DNA of 64,000 nucleotides from Octopus vulgaris (Eukaryota), in NCBI GenBank assembly GCA_951406725.2, contig OX597817.1, forward strand, positions 114,328,001-114,392,000, in the 5' to 3' direction. Positions 13,303 to 25,928 of the stretch are shown one piece after another (within the stretch, counting starts at the first letter, position 1; every line of letters starts with the position of its first letter). The position numbers and the translations under genes are program-made. The notes below the pieces were generated by a model. That model was not told where the DNA came from, did no database searches, and was given only the letters and a program-made list of their open reading frames with translations.

Positions 13303-13452
13303 TTGCAACCTGAGGCGACATGCAACCAACTCTTGTCTCGAACAACACTGCTCCATCTCCTGGGGAACTACCTACCACAACACTGGCTGACACTGGCATT
13401 GCCAAAGTTGCTGAAGCTGTCAATTCTTCGTACTTTGGAGTAGTTACAAGTT
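13303..13452 (+). CDS. Candidate 150-nt exon; ATG at 13320 opens MQPTLVSNNTAPSPGELPTTTLADTGIAKVAEAVNSSYFGVVTS
   Basis: Acceptor ttgac-T-tract-acattAG; GC-richer, codon-like island; GAC-ATG context. Best donor T|GTTGGT at 13453 is weak. In-frame TGA at 13311-13313 lies upstream of the ATG. Confidence 0.55.
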
Positions 13453-13782
13453 GTTGGTTTTGTTTTTAAAAAATTTTTGTTTTTATTTGTTTTTGTTTTT
13501 GACGTGTAACACAAAACAAATAATTTGGGTGTTGCCACACTTGAAACATGGACACAATACTTGAAGATTACCGTTCATTTTCTTTATACCTATTGGTTAT
13601 GTCTTTAGTATGGACATACACCATGTACACACACACAGAGACATACATTACACACATGCATGCATGAACACACATATAAGTATGTACATGTATGTATGTT
13701 TAAACCTCATTTTAAGAAGATATATACATATTTATATGCATATATATATACTCATATGAATATATATATACTTATATACATA

Positions 13783-13984
13783 TAACGGGAAGGTTTACGA
13801 AAATAAACAAAAGACGAAGGCAGGTGGAGTACAAAAAAACGAATGTATTAGTATGGCACTCAGGAAAAGAAATAGAACAAGACTTTTACGTTTCGAGCCT
13901 ACGCTCTTCGACAGAAAGATACACAGAAAAAAAACAAGGAGAGAAAAAAAATGCGTGTAAGAGCTAATGATCTAACATGGCGTT

Positions 13985-13985
<1 letters not shown>
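13783..13985 (-). mobile_element. Penelope-like element terminal fragment carrying a minimal hammerhead-like motif
   Basis: Minus strand CTTT-CTGTCGA-A-GAGC-GTAG-GCTC-GAAAC-GTA-AAAG; embedded in (TA)n. Confidence 0.65.
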
Positions 13986-14056
<71 letters not shown>

Positions 14057-14057
<1 letters not shown>

Positions 14058-14392
14058 AAGGTACATGGCTCAGTGGTTAGAGTGTCAAGCTTATAATCAT
14101 GAGGTTGGGTGTTTCATTCCCGGACCGGGCTGTGTGTTGTGTTCTTGAACAAGGCACTCTATTTCACGTTGCTCCAGTTCACTCAGCTGTAGAATTGAAT
14201 TGTGACATCACTGGTGCCAAGCTGTATCATCCTTTGCCTTTCCCTTGGATAACATCGGTGGCATGGAGAAGGGAGGGGGGTATGCATGGGCAACTACTGG
14301 CCTTCCATAAACAACCTTGCCTGGACTTGGGCCTTGGAGGGTAACCTTCAAGTCGCAATCCCATGGTCATTCATGACTGAAGGGGGTCACCC
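14057..14392 (+). mobile_element. tRNA-headed SINE family D, full length
   Basis: A-box-like TGGCTCAGTGG; core GTGTTCTTGAACAAGGCACT..GTTGCTCCAGTTCACTCAGCTG; inverted copy at 19019-19357, partial copy at 7921-8050. Confidence 0.9.
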
Positions 14393-14607
14393 ATATATAT
14401 ATATATATACACACACAAACACACACATAAGTAAGCTCATAAATGTGAAAGAAGATGGAAAAGAATAGTACTCAAATACGGAAGGTTGAGTAATATGCTT
14501 TTTTCAGTAAAGCCCAAAAATTCTTCTCAAACTGTTGCTCAGAGTTTCATGTTACCCTCTATTGGATAGTTGTGATCACACACACTCACACACACACACA
14601 CAGAAGC

Positions 14608-15030
14608 ACAGGCATGGCTATGTAGTAAGTATATTGCTTCCTAACCACATACTTCTGGGTTCAGTCCTTCTATATGATACTTTGAGCAAATGTCTTCTGC
14701 TTTAACCTTGGGCTGACCAAAGCCTTATAAGTGGATTTGACAGAAGGAAACTGAAAGAAACCTGTCATATATATATATATATGTGTGTGTATATACACAC
14801 ACACTACACACATGCCACACACACACACCACACACACACACATATATATGTATATGTGAGTATCTTTGTGTCTGTATTTATCCTCTGATGCTGCCTGACA
14901 ACTGGTGTTTGTGTTGATGTCCCTGTAACTTAGTGGTTCAGCAATAGATACCAACAGAATAATTACCAGACTCTAAAAAACCAAAAAAAACTGAGTACTG
15001 GGGCCTATTTGTTTGACTATAATTATTCAA
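14608..15030 (+). mobile_element. SINE family A, diverged
   Basis: Head, internal (TA/CA)n and tail are collinear with 44258-44660. Confidence 0.8.
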
Positions 15031-15192
15031 GGCATGACACATATACATACATACATACATACATTTATATAAATATATATGAGTGTGTGAATGAGTGAAA
15101 TTGTGGCAGCAATAATAACGGGTAGAAAAAGAGTGAATAGAGAAATACAGATATATTATTCTCCTATACTTACAATGTTTATTTAAAACCAT

Positions 15193-15236
<44 letters not shown>

Positions 15237-15648
15237 TATATTTATATAGGTATGTATATGTATGTGTGTATATATGTATATAATTTTCTGTTTGCATTAT
15301 AGTCTCACATTGAAATTACCTTTATTATTTGTTATATGTCATCTTTATAAACTTTTCTGAAAAAAAAAATGTTTGTGAAACTTTAAAAAAAAATATTTCT
15401 AGGAGGATTTATATCATATTATTTGTTAATTTTTTACAACAAACATTAGGTTATTTTTGCAATGCCATCAGCTTAATGGATACATTATATTTCGCATGTC
15501 TATGTCTCTTTCTGTCTATCTTTCTAGCTGCCTGCCTGCCTACCTGTATGTCTGTTAGTCTGCTTTGCTGCTTTCCTTACCTTCCCACTTGCTTCCTTAT
15601 ATCCTTCAAGAAGAAAATTTGGTAGATAGGAAATGTGTCTAGTTCAAG

Positions 15649-15734
<86 letters not shown>

Positions 15735-15822
15735 CATACACATATACATACATATATATATATGCATATATATATATATATATATATACATACATACACA
15801 TATACATACATATATATATATA

Positions 15823-15863
<41 letters not shown>

Positions 15864-17443
15864 TCAGCATCACCATTATCATTTTAAGGACCACTTTACC
15901 ATGCTTGCATGGGGTAGATAAAGTTTATTGAAGCAAATTTTCTACAGTTTGATGCTCTTTCTGACATCAACCCTCACCTGCTTTACCAAGTAAGGTAATA
16001 TATCTCAATATCCAGACATATTTTCACAGAATTTGGGAAATTTATGACATTCATTTACAGCAATCACATAATGTCAAGACAAAGAGACCCTAGTAGTCAC
16101 ACTCATCAACATACATATACATTCATACATATTTCTATATATGATGTCCTGCTACACATTGCCACATAACAAATCAACTCACAAGGCATTGGTTGGCCTG
16201 TGGCTTTAGTAAGATATACATGCTCAAGGTGCCATGCAGTGGGACTGAACCTGATCCTATGTGGTTAGAAAGTAAACTTCTCAATCTCACAGCCTGTTAT
16301 ATATATATGAAATGTAGCCTTTACACAAACTGGATTTAAAGGCAACCAGAAATATATCAAATAACTCTTAGATATAGGAAGATAATTTGGTATAACATTC
16401 CATAGAGTATAATTGTATGTAAAGACATGGCACTATATTTCTGTCACTGACCAGAATGTATCTCTGTGTTTCAGACAGATAACACAAGATATTTAACATG
16501 AACTCCATAAAAATCAGCAATAGGTGTTTAGATAATTTAGGCTTTCAAATTTTCCACTGTATATAGCCAAAATCCCAGAAACATTCTACTACCACAACAA
16601 TATATATATACATACAGCTGTAGAAACATAAAATGTCTTCTAATTGGAAAATGTTTATGAATGTTGCTGGTGCAAAGTGCTGATGTACAAAAACACTATT
16701 GAAATGGTATTTATGTTTAGAAAAAATATGTTAAAACCTGATATATACTGATTTATATCTATCCATTCAAAATGAGAAATAAAATTTAAGTCAACATCAT
16801 TCTCTTTTCTATTTCTTTGTATATTTATATTGGTAAGATCAGCTGTAATGGGTCTATAATACTATATACTTTGCTTAATTTTACCTACTCCATTATCAAA
16901 TAGGAGTGCATATTTTTTCTGACCTATGGATTATTTGATGACAATATGTGTGTGTTGTTTGTGTGGCAACTAAAGGATAGAAGTGTCAACAACTCTACCA
17001 GAAAATGGAGCATTGTTGGAAAAGTCAACCGCAAATTTGATGGAACAATGGATATTATTTATGTGCAACAGAAAAATATAAAATACTAACACACAGACTT
17101 ACTCAATTAGAAAACACAAGACATGCACACATAGCTTACATAGAGAAAAATATTTAGTCTTGCATCTCTAATCACATATTTGTCAGATTGATTTAAATTA
17201 CAAACAAGTTAGTTCTTCTCACAATATAAGTAATGGCAACATGTGGTGATTTATCCTGACTATAAAACATATTCAAAACGATATCTCCTGAAAGTTCAAG
17301 GGAAACTCATCAACAACTAAATTAGAAGTGATCCCCCTTTACATAGAACTCTTCTGTCAACCTATGAGTCAGAGTTGACTTGTTAACTTCATTTGTGAAC
17401 CACCTTGTTATAATTCCCTCTTGATAGTGCCAAGCTCTAATTG

Positions 17444-18212
17444 TGGAGGATACTTGTGGAAGTGGGTAGACCTATGAAGATGTGGGACAAAGTGGTGAGA
17501 AAGGATCTTTGGACATTGGGCCTCACTGAGGAAATAACAAGAGACTGGGAGATGTGGTGATTTGCTGTTCTTGATAAGACATGTCAAGCCAGGTAAAATC
17601 ACTGTCTTCCACACATACAGGCTTGTCCTTTCAGGTGCCAGTGCCACTTAAAAGGCACTTGTGCCAGTACTGTATTAATACACCTGTGCTGGTGCTATGT
17701 AAGTGCACCTGTGCCAGTGGCATGTGAGAAGCACCCAGCACACTCTGTTAAGTAGTTAGCATTAGGAAGGACATCCAGCCATAGAAACCATACCACAACA
17801 AACAGTTGGAGTCTAGGCAGCTTCCTGTGGAGGCACATGGCCTAGTGGTTAGAGCAGTGGACTCGCGGTTGAGGGATCGTGGGTTCGAATCTCAGACTGG
17901 GTGATATGTGTGTTTACGAGCAAAACACCTAAGCTCCACATGGCTCTGGCAGAAGGTAATGGCGAACTTCTGCTGACTCTTTCGCCACAACTTTTTCTCA
18001 CTCTTTCCTCCTGCATCTTGCAGCTCACCTGCGATGGACCAGCATCCCATCCAAGTGGGGAACCTATATACCAAGGAAACCGGGAAACCGGCCCTTATGA
18101 GCCAAGCATGGCTCGAGAAGGAACAAACAACAGCTTCCTGCTAGCCAGCTCCTTGCCAAACTGTCCAACCCATGCCAGCATGGAAAGCAGATGTTAAATG
18201 ATGATGATGATG
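17444..18212 (+). mobile_element. RTE LINE 3' end (ORF tail plus UTR plus (GAT)n) interrupted by a SINE
   Basis: Translation TCGSGRPMKMWDKVVRKDLWTLGLTEEITRDWEMW matches the RTE GRPxKxW...DRxxW C-terminus. Confidence 0.85.
17828..18130 (+). mobile_element. tRNA-headed SINE family C with a perfect 10-bp target-site duplication
   Basis: TGGCCTAGTGG A box and GGTTCGAATC B box; CAGCTTCCTG at both 17818-17827 and 18131-18140. Confidence 0.92.
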
Positions 18213-18327
18213 TACTTTCACAAAATTTCGTATGAATGAATGCAAAGAGCAGGGTAAACTCAGTAGTAGTTCTGTAAAGTGCCAGCTCTGTATAAACAAG
18301 TAATCTTACCCTACAGTATGTATTAGT

Positions 18328-18620
18328 GAAGGCATGTAGCCAAGTGGTGAGGGTGTTGCACTCACTGATGCAAGATTGTGGTTTTGGTTCCTGGTAATGC
18401 ATTGTGTTCTTGAGCAAAACACTTAGTTTTACATTGCTCCAGTCCACTCATATATAAATGGGTAACCTTGTGATGGACTGGTATTCTGATTGGGGGAATG
18501 ATGGCCTGCCTGCCTAACCAGTGGGGTAGCATCATTGGAAAGCTACAACAATGCAAGGAAGTGCATTGTGACCAGCAGTGTTTAACAACATCTGATAGTC
18601 TGGTTGATACAGTGATACAG
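18328..18620 (+). mobile_element. Chimeric SINE (family D core with the tail found on 25261-25568)
   Basis: D core followed by CCAGTGGGGT.GCATCATT...GCATTGTGACCAGCA...AACATCTGATAG. Confidence 0.75.
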
Positions 18621-19018
18621 TATGTACTGAGTGTGTTTTCTCTTATTTATGGATATTAAATATATATGTGTGTGTGTGTGTATCTCATTCATGAAGCAAA
18701 AAAAAAAAAGCATGTGGATATCTGTGTATACCAGTGTCAGCAAAATACTTTGTGACATTTAGTTAATTCTAATAAAAGAGGATTAACTTTCTGAAGAGAA
18801 GTAACTCAGGTAAACCAAGCTGTTTCATCTTCAGAGGCTTATGGTGTGAGTACCAAACTTATTACTGAGACCAATATAATTGATTAATATTTCTACAAAA
18901 TTCTGTATCCAAGGATAACTCCAGTCTAATAACTGAAAGCAGTAAACAAATCAAAGAATAAAAGAATATCAGCATTGATTTCTAATAAGTACAAGGTTAC
19001 ATATCTGAGGGAAGAGTA

Positions 19019-19357
19019 AGGGCAAAGACCTGCTTTGGTCATGAATGACCATGGGAATGCACCTAGAAAGTTACCCTTCCAGGCACAAATCCAGGCAAGG
19101 TTGTTTATGGAAGACCAGCAGTTGCCCATGCATACCAGCCTTCCTGCTCCATGCTACTGATGTTATCCAAGGGAAAGGCAAAGGCTGATACAGCTTGGCA
19201 CCAGTGATGTCACAATTCAATTCCACAGTTGAGTGAACTGGAGCAATGTAGAATAAAGTGTCTTGCTCAAGAACACAACACACAGCTCAGTCCAGGATTT
19301 GAACTCACTACGACATGACTGTAAGCCCGGTGCTCTAAGCACTGAGCCATGACCTTC
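19019..19357 (-). mobile_element. SINE family D, full length
   Basis: Reverse complement of 14057-14392. Confidence 0.9.
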
Positions 19358-19727
19358 ATAAGGGAGGAGTACCATCAATATAATCGAGTCTAATATTTAA
19401 TTGTACCCTATTTCATTGACATAGAAAAAAATTAATAGTAAAGTTGACTTCAGGGGGACTTGAACTCAAGATCTAAAGGGCTGTAACTAAATACAGCAAG
19501 GGATTTTTCCTGATACTCTATTGATTCTGTCAATCCACCAGAAAGGATATCAATATTAACATAATTCTGCTTCTTCTGCAGAATAAAGTATTAGATAAGG
19601 CAATGGGTTATCTGCTCATGGATCATGTGGTCAAATCTACTGTTGTTTGTTGCTGTTGTTGCCATTCTGTTATGTTTCTGTAAAGATTTCTGCTCCCTTC
19701 TCTCTCTTACCAAATGACAAATTATAG

Positions 19728-19815
19728 ATTTTCAATACGATCCAATAAAAAGAAAGTTTAGGCAAGATTGCCTAGATCCAGCCGAGAGATTCAGAGATGG
19801 TGCTATAACACTTTG
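19728..19815 (+). CDS. Candidate 88-nt internal exon, phase 1 to 2: (x)FQYDPIKRKFRQDCLDPAERFRDGAITL(W/C/stop)
   Basis: Pyrimidine tract then ttatAG; donor TTG|GTGGGT; one frame fully open and protein-like; retains CpGs in a CpG-poor background. Confidence 0.6.
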
Positions 19816-21112
19816 GTGGGTATTTTATCAGTCAAGGCATTGAATTACTGATTTGTCTTTCTGAAAGTTGTTGTTGTTGATTTTGATCCTGTTGTTGTTA
19901 TTGTTGTTGTCATCGTTGTTATTGCTGTTTAGAGCCAAGTTGGACTCAATCAACCAGGCATGTGGTCAAAAGCATCTCAGCTATGATCATCCTGTCTTTT
20001 TATGTATATCTGGAATTACATTGTCCAGCATATCCATCCAGTTTTTAAAGGACAATAGAGGGAAGGGTACAGGTGGGGTGGTGGTGGTGGAATCTGGCTG
20101 GTATTTCTTGCAAGTCAAGCAATTATCTTGAGGCTTCCTGATTGGCTCATTGCAAATAAAAGTGTCACTGAATGGTAATGTAAGCAACAAAATGCCCTTT
20201 TCTTCTCCGTATATAACAACTCATTCATTATCATTTGTTTCACTCCAGTATAAAAGTAAGGGATCAACTACAATCACCAGAGCATTGGATAGAATGCTTT
20301 TGGTATTTTTACCAGCTCTCAAATTCCACAGAGGTTAACTTTGAAGACAACTTTGCCTTTCATCCTTTTGGTTGAGAAACAAACTGTCAGCCTAACATTG
20401 GCATGGATTGTTCTCTCTTCTCCCTCTCTCTCTTTTCCCTTTTATCTCTCTCTTTTCTTTCTCTTCTTTCTCGCTCTCACTTTCTCCCTCTGTCCTCTTC
20501 CTGTCTTGTCTTTGTCTTCTCTCTCTCCCTTCCCTTTGTCTTCCCTCTCACTTCTCTATCTCTTCTCTTTTCCTCCCACCTTTTCTCTTACACTCTCAAC
20601 TTTCTTTCTCTTTTTTTCCTTCTCTTCCTACTGTCTTCTCTCTCTCTCCTCCCACTCTCTCTCTTCTTTCTTTTATTCATTTGTTATTCAAAACACTAGC
20701 TATGTCACATCATGTTATATGCTTCTGGCCACAGAATTGTATTAGGGCCACACATATATCTATGAAATACTCAACCACTTACACATTAATTCCATGAGTA
20801 AGAATTCACCTTGTCAAACAAGCGAATATTCATTGTTGAGATTGATAGGGAATCCACCTCTGTTAAAATATCTACATTATAATATTCCTGTTCAGTGTGC
20901 TAAAATACAAGTTGAATGCAGAGAGTTAAAACTAAAAACTACATGAGAGACCATTGAAAGGTATCAAATTTCTAAAGGAAAGTAATAAGGCTTCTAAGGC
21001 AAAAGCAACTGTTTGTTAGGGGTTGTTTTCTATTTTACATCAAACCTCTGACTCCCATACATACATACATACATACATACATACATACATACATACATTC
21101 ATATATACATAC

Positions 21113-21506
21113 GGATGGAATGGAAGCACTCCGTCGGTTACGACAACGAGGGTTCCGGTTGATCCGAATCAACGGAATAGCCTGCTTGTGAAATTAACGT
21201 GTAAGTGGCTGAGCACTCCACAGACACGTGTACCCTTAACGTAGTTCTCGGGGATATTCAGCGTGACACAGAGAGTGACAAGGCCGGCCCTTTAAAATAC
21301 AGGTACAACAGAAACAGGAAGTAAGAGTGCGGGAAAGTTGTGGTGAAAGAGTACAACAGGGATCACCACCATACCCTGCTGGAGCCTCGTGGAGCTTTTA
21401 GGTGTTTTCACTCAATAAACACTCACAACGCCCGGTCTAGGAATCAAAACCGCGATCCTATGACCGCGAGTCCACTGCCCTAACCACTGGGCCATTGCGC
21501 CTCCAC
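21113..21506 (-). mobile_element. SINE family C head with a distinct tail; young (CpG-rich)
   Basis: Minus strand GGAGGCGCAATGGCCCAGTGGTTAGGGCAG head; flanked by (CATA)n. Confidence 0.9.
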
Positions 21507-21646
21507 TTATATACATACATACATATATACATACATACATGCATGCATGCATACATACATACATACATACATACATACATACATACATACATACATGCAT
21601 GCATGCATGCATGCATGCATGCATACATACATACATACATACCTAC

Positions 21647-21698
<52 letters not shown>

Positions 21699-21896
21699 AT
21701 TTTTGTTTACTCTGTTTCATTCACAAACCCTTTCTGTAGGACTTTTGCAAATGAATGATGTGCTGCAAAGCAGACTCCAATCAAAAACTACAAATTTGTG
21801 AAGCAAACTTAACCAGTTGGCCATACCTGCATCCAATGTACTTTTAATTTTGCTTTAAGGTATGCAAACAAACACAGTGATATATATATATATAAA

Positions 21897-21927
<31 letters not shown>

Positions 21928-21951
21928 TTTGTATGTATGTATGTATGTATG

Positions 21952-21995
<44 letters not shown>

Positions 21996-22519
21996 GCCAT
22001 GCACACAGCCTTACATACATGAAAATAAACAATAAAGATCCTCAAGCATACACGCAAAAGACGCTATCAAACACACACATTTATTTACTATCAAACACAT
22101 AGCAAAAAGTAAACAGTCTCACACACATACGCATAGACAAAAACATACAAATTTATTCTTCTCCACACAGCCACATAATCACACATGCACATACATGTGT
22201 ACACACATATTCATGCATACAAACACATACTTTCTCCTATTCATTTTAGCATACACACATACATGCGTACATACATACACACATACATACATACATACAT
22301 ACATACATACATACACACACATACATACATACACACACACACACACATATCTTTTAATTTAGAATCATGGGGGAAAAAAGTGAAGTGTTGGACAATACAA
22401 TAAGATAAATATTGAAAAGGGTCAACATGGTCTCTTTCCTTTTTCATAGATTTCAACACACACACATATGTGTGTGTATACATATGTATGTGCGTATTTA
22501 TATATGTATGTGTGTGTAT

Positions 22520-22559
<40 letters not shown>

Positions 22560-22799
22560 TTTATTTATTTATAGCATTACAGTTTCATTTGATTCTATCT
22601 TAATTTAAAGTGAAAATAAAACAGACATTTCTTTTTTTATTCTGAAATGATAAAAAAAAAAGTGTTTTCTGTATATTTTAATCAAATAATGTTTGAGATA
22701 AAAAGAAAAAAAAAGATCCAACATGATTTGATAGGAAAATATAACCAAAGAGTATATATTGGGTGGTGTATATCTACATAGATACACCCATACACGCAT

Positions 22800-22939
22800 C
22801 TATTATGTGTGTTTGTGTATGTGTTTTGTATATGTGTGCAAATATATGTAGATATTTATATATTTGTGTGCCAGCATGTGTGTGTATGTGTGTATACACA
22901 CACACACACACACAATATATATGTATATATATATATATG

Positions 22940-23022
<83 letters not shown>

Positions 23023-23052
23023 TATATATATATATATATATATCTATATATC

Positions 23053-23107
<55 letters not shown>

Positions 23108-23263
23108 CTCACACAGACACAGACACACACACTTACTCTCCTTATCACACACATACACTCACACTCTTCATATCATGCACACGTACACACACATATATAT
23201 GTATAGTATTAGTATATATGTGTCTGTGTTTATATATATATATATATATTATCTATCTATCTA

Positions 23264-23343
<80 letters not shown>

Positions 23344-23441
23344 TAGATAGATAGATAGATAGATATACACACACGCATTGATGTGTGTGTGTACATTTGT
23401 GTGTATGTAGATATATGAGTTTGTGTGTATTTATATATATA

Positions 23442-23478
<37 letters not shown>

Positions 23479-23720
23479 CACAAATATATATATGTGTGTA
23501 CACATATATATATGTGTGTGTGTATATATATATGTGTGTGTTTGTGTGTGCATGTGTATATATCTTTGTGTGTATATGTAAACTTAAGCACACAAACACA
23601 TGTAAGTGTGAGTGTGCGTTCTGTTATAGATACACATCTCTGGTACACGCATCAAAAACACATACATGCACACATGTCCATGTATGTGCATCCATGCATC
23701 TATACCTAACAACACACACA
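22800..23720. repeat. Compound microsatellite block (TA, CA/TG, TCTA, CT)
   Basis: Directly visible. Similar blocks at 6190-6640, 15650-15860, 27350-27910, 43080-43830 and 56000-56370. Confidence 0.95.
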
Positions 23721-24177
23721 CACTCATTTCGTAATATAGCTAGTGACAATTTATCACCTGTCAACTATTTTCATAATTTGGCAGATCTTCCTGGTAAATC
23801 ACACTGTGAATTCCATCCTGTTCAGTTCTGTATTTTTTGACTGAAAAACTAATTTAAATCCAGGATTGAGTATGCAAATTGCCATCATGATATACAGTGT
23901 GGACCCACCCAATGGTTCCCTAAAATATACTATTGTGTGTATTGACAAAATACAGTTCTTATATTTTGAGAAATTATAATCTAAAGCAGAAAAAAGCAAA
24001 ATGTCATATGAATCTCATTTTGATGGAAGATGTATTGAAATATAATAACTTACTATTCGATAAAAAATAGAGTTCAAATACACATACAAGATTATTTTCA
24101 TATAACTGAATTCTTTTTCTTTTTTCTCAGAACTACAGCTGCTTTCTCTTGCACTCACACACACATATACATACATA

Positions 24178-24734
24178 CATGGTGGCTGCCCCCTCGTTAT
24201 TGAGTATGGCCATTGCACGGAGTTTAATCAATGTTGTTATCGTGCAATGCCTGTGCAAGAAGATTTTTTTAAAAGTGAGTAAAGGCTGTGCACTGAGTCA
24301 ATCCCACTCACTAAGCAACAGCAGCCATAATCCGAAAAGAAGAACAAGTCAACATCATCGGTAACCACTGAGCCGCAGGTTTTATGTTGGAGTTATCCCA
24401 GTTACCTGAGTTACCTTCTCCTAGAAGGATGCCCTAGCAAAGGCTAGGAGTCCTTCACTCCCAATGGTTTAACCGCGTGATCGAGTATTCAGTCCGATTA
24501 TTTCTATGTCCCCGTGCATGATATAGCCTTAAGACATTTATTGGATGTCCGTTGGCTCTCAAGAGTTCCTCCGCCCTTTGATGGGTTTTGTTTTTCATCC
24601 CGCAGGGTGTCCAATGAACACCCTCCTCATCAAGCAAGCTTGGTGAGGCCGCCGGTTTAGTCGCCAATGACCCAACAATGCAACAGGTTGTACTGGGTTA
24701 CATGTTACCAGTAGCATTCGAAAGTGACCTGACA
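24178..24734 (-). mobile_element. Non-autonomous RTE-derived element, copy 2 (longer 5' end)
   Basis: Collinear with 4105-4620 plus about 40 extra bp; (CATA)n on both flanks. Confidence 0.8.
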
Positions 24735-24993
24735 CATACATGCATACATACATACATACATACATACATACATACATACGTACATTTGTACGATTGTGTG
24801 TGTGTGTGTGTCTGTGTATATATATATATGTAGAATGTTATGTAATTGTAAAGTCCAAGGATCTAGGTCTAGGTGTTAGTAGTTAGTGGTGTACCTCTTG
24901 TTGAGTAATTATTACTCCCGAGGATCTGGTAGCTAGGAAACATATGTAGCCTGGATTTTATCTGCTTCATTCCCTCAATTTGGATGATGATGA

Positions 24994-25060
<67 letters not shown>

Positions 25061-25127
25061 ATCTATATATATGTATGTACAAATAGGTGTTTGTATGTAG
25101 CACCACACAGGCATTTTTATGTGTCAC

Positions 25128-25191
<64 letters not shown>

Positions 25192-25260
25192 TATATATAC
25201 AGATATATATACATATATATATGTATATATATACATATATATATATACATATATATATAT

Positions 25261-25566
25261 CACTGTGATCACTGACCGACCAGGCTATCAGATGTTGCTA
25301 CACATTGCTGGTCACAATGCGTTTCGCATTGTTTTAGCCTTTAAATGATGCCACCCCACTGGCTAAGTGAGCAGGCCGACAGAAGAAAGAGTGAGAGAAA
25401 GTTGCGGTGAAAGAGTACAGCAGGGATTGCCACCACCCCCTGCCGGAACCTAGTGGAGCTTTAGGTGTTTTCGCTCAATAAACACTCACAATGCCTAGTC
25501 TAGGAATCGAAACCGTGATCCTATGACCGCGAGTCCGCTGCCCTAACCACTGGGCCATTGCGCCTC

Positions 25567-25568
<2 letters not shown>
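25261..25568 (-). mobile_element. SINE family C head with a second tail type
   Basis: Head matches 21310-21506; tail matches 18500-18620; lies in (TA)n. Confidence 0.9.
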
Positions 25569-25612
<44 letters not shown>

Positions 25613-25626
25613 TACATACACATATA

Positions 25627-25866
25627 CAGGGTTGGCTGAATGTCAGTCACCTGACAGTAAATCAAAATTCCATAAATACTATCTACTATCTGTAATTCTG
25701 TATTGACTCGAATGGGAAAATGTGCCACTCAGGAAGACTTCAGTTTGAACAGTTTTCATTATGTTTCATATTTAGATACTTTTATTAAATTCATTCAGTT
25801 GTTAAACATAAATAAATCTTGGAATTAAATCCTTTTGATTTACTGTCAAGTCACTTTTGGCCAACC

Positions 25867-25869
<3 letters not shown>
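25627..25869. mobile_element. Tc1/mariner-type MITE, 243 bp
   Basis: TIRs CAGGGTTGGC...TGACAGTAAATCAAAA and TTTTGATTTACTGTCA...GCCAACCCTG; TA on both sides. Confidence 0.88.

Positions 25870-25928
<59 letters not shown>

Noticed and set aside
17828-17900. tRNA-like sequences with A and B boxes (also 14057, 21430, 44258)
   Set aside because: They continue into SINE bodies, lack a proper acceptor stem and are multi-copy; they are not tRNA genes.
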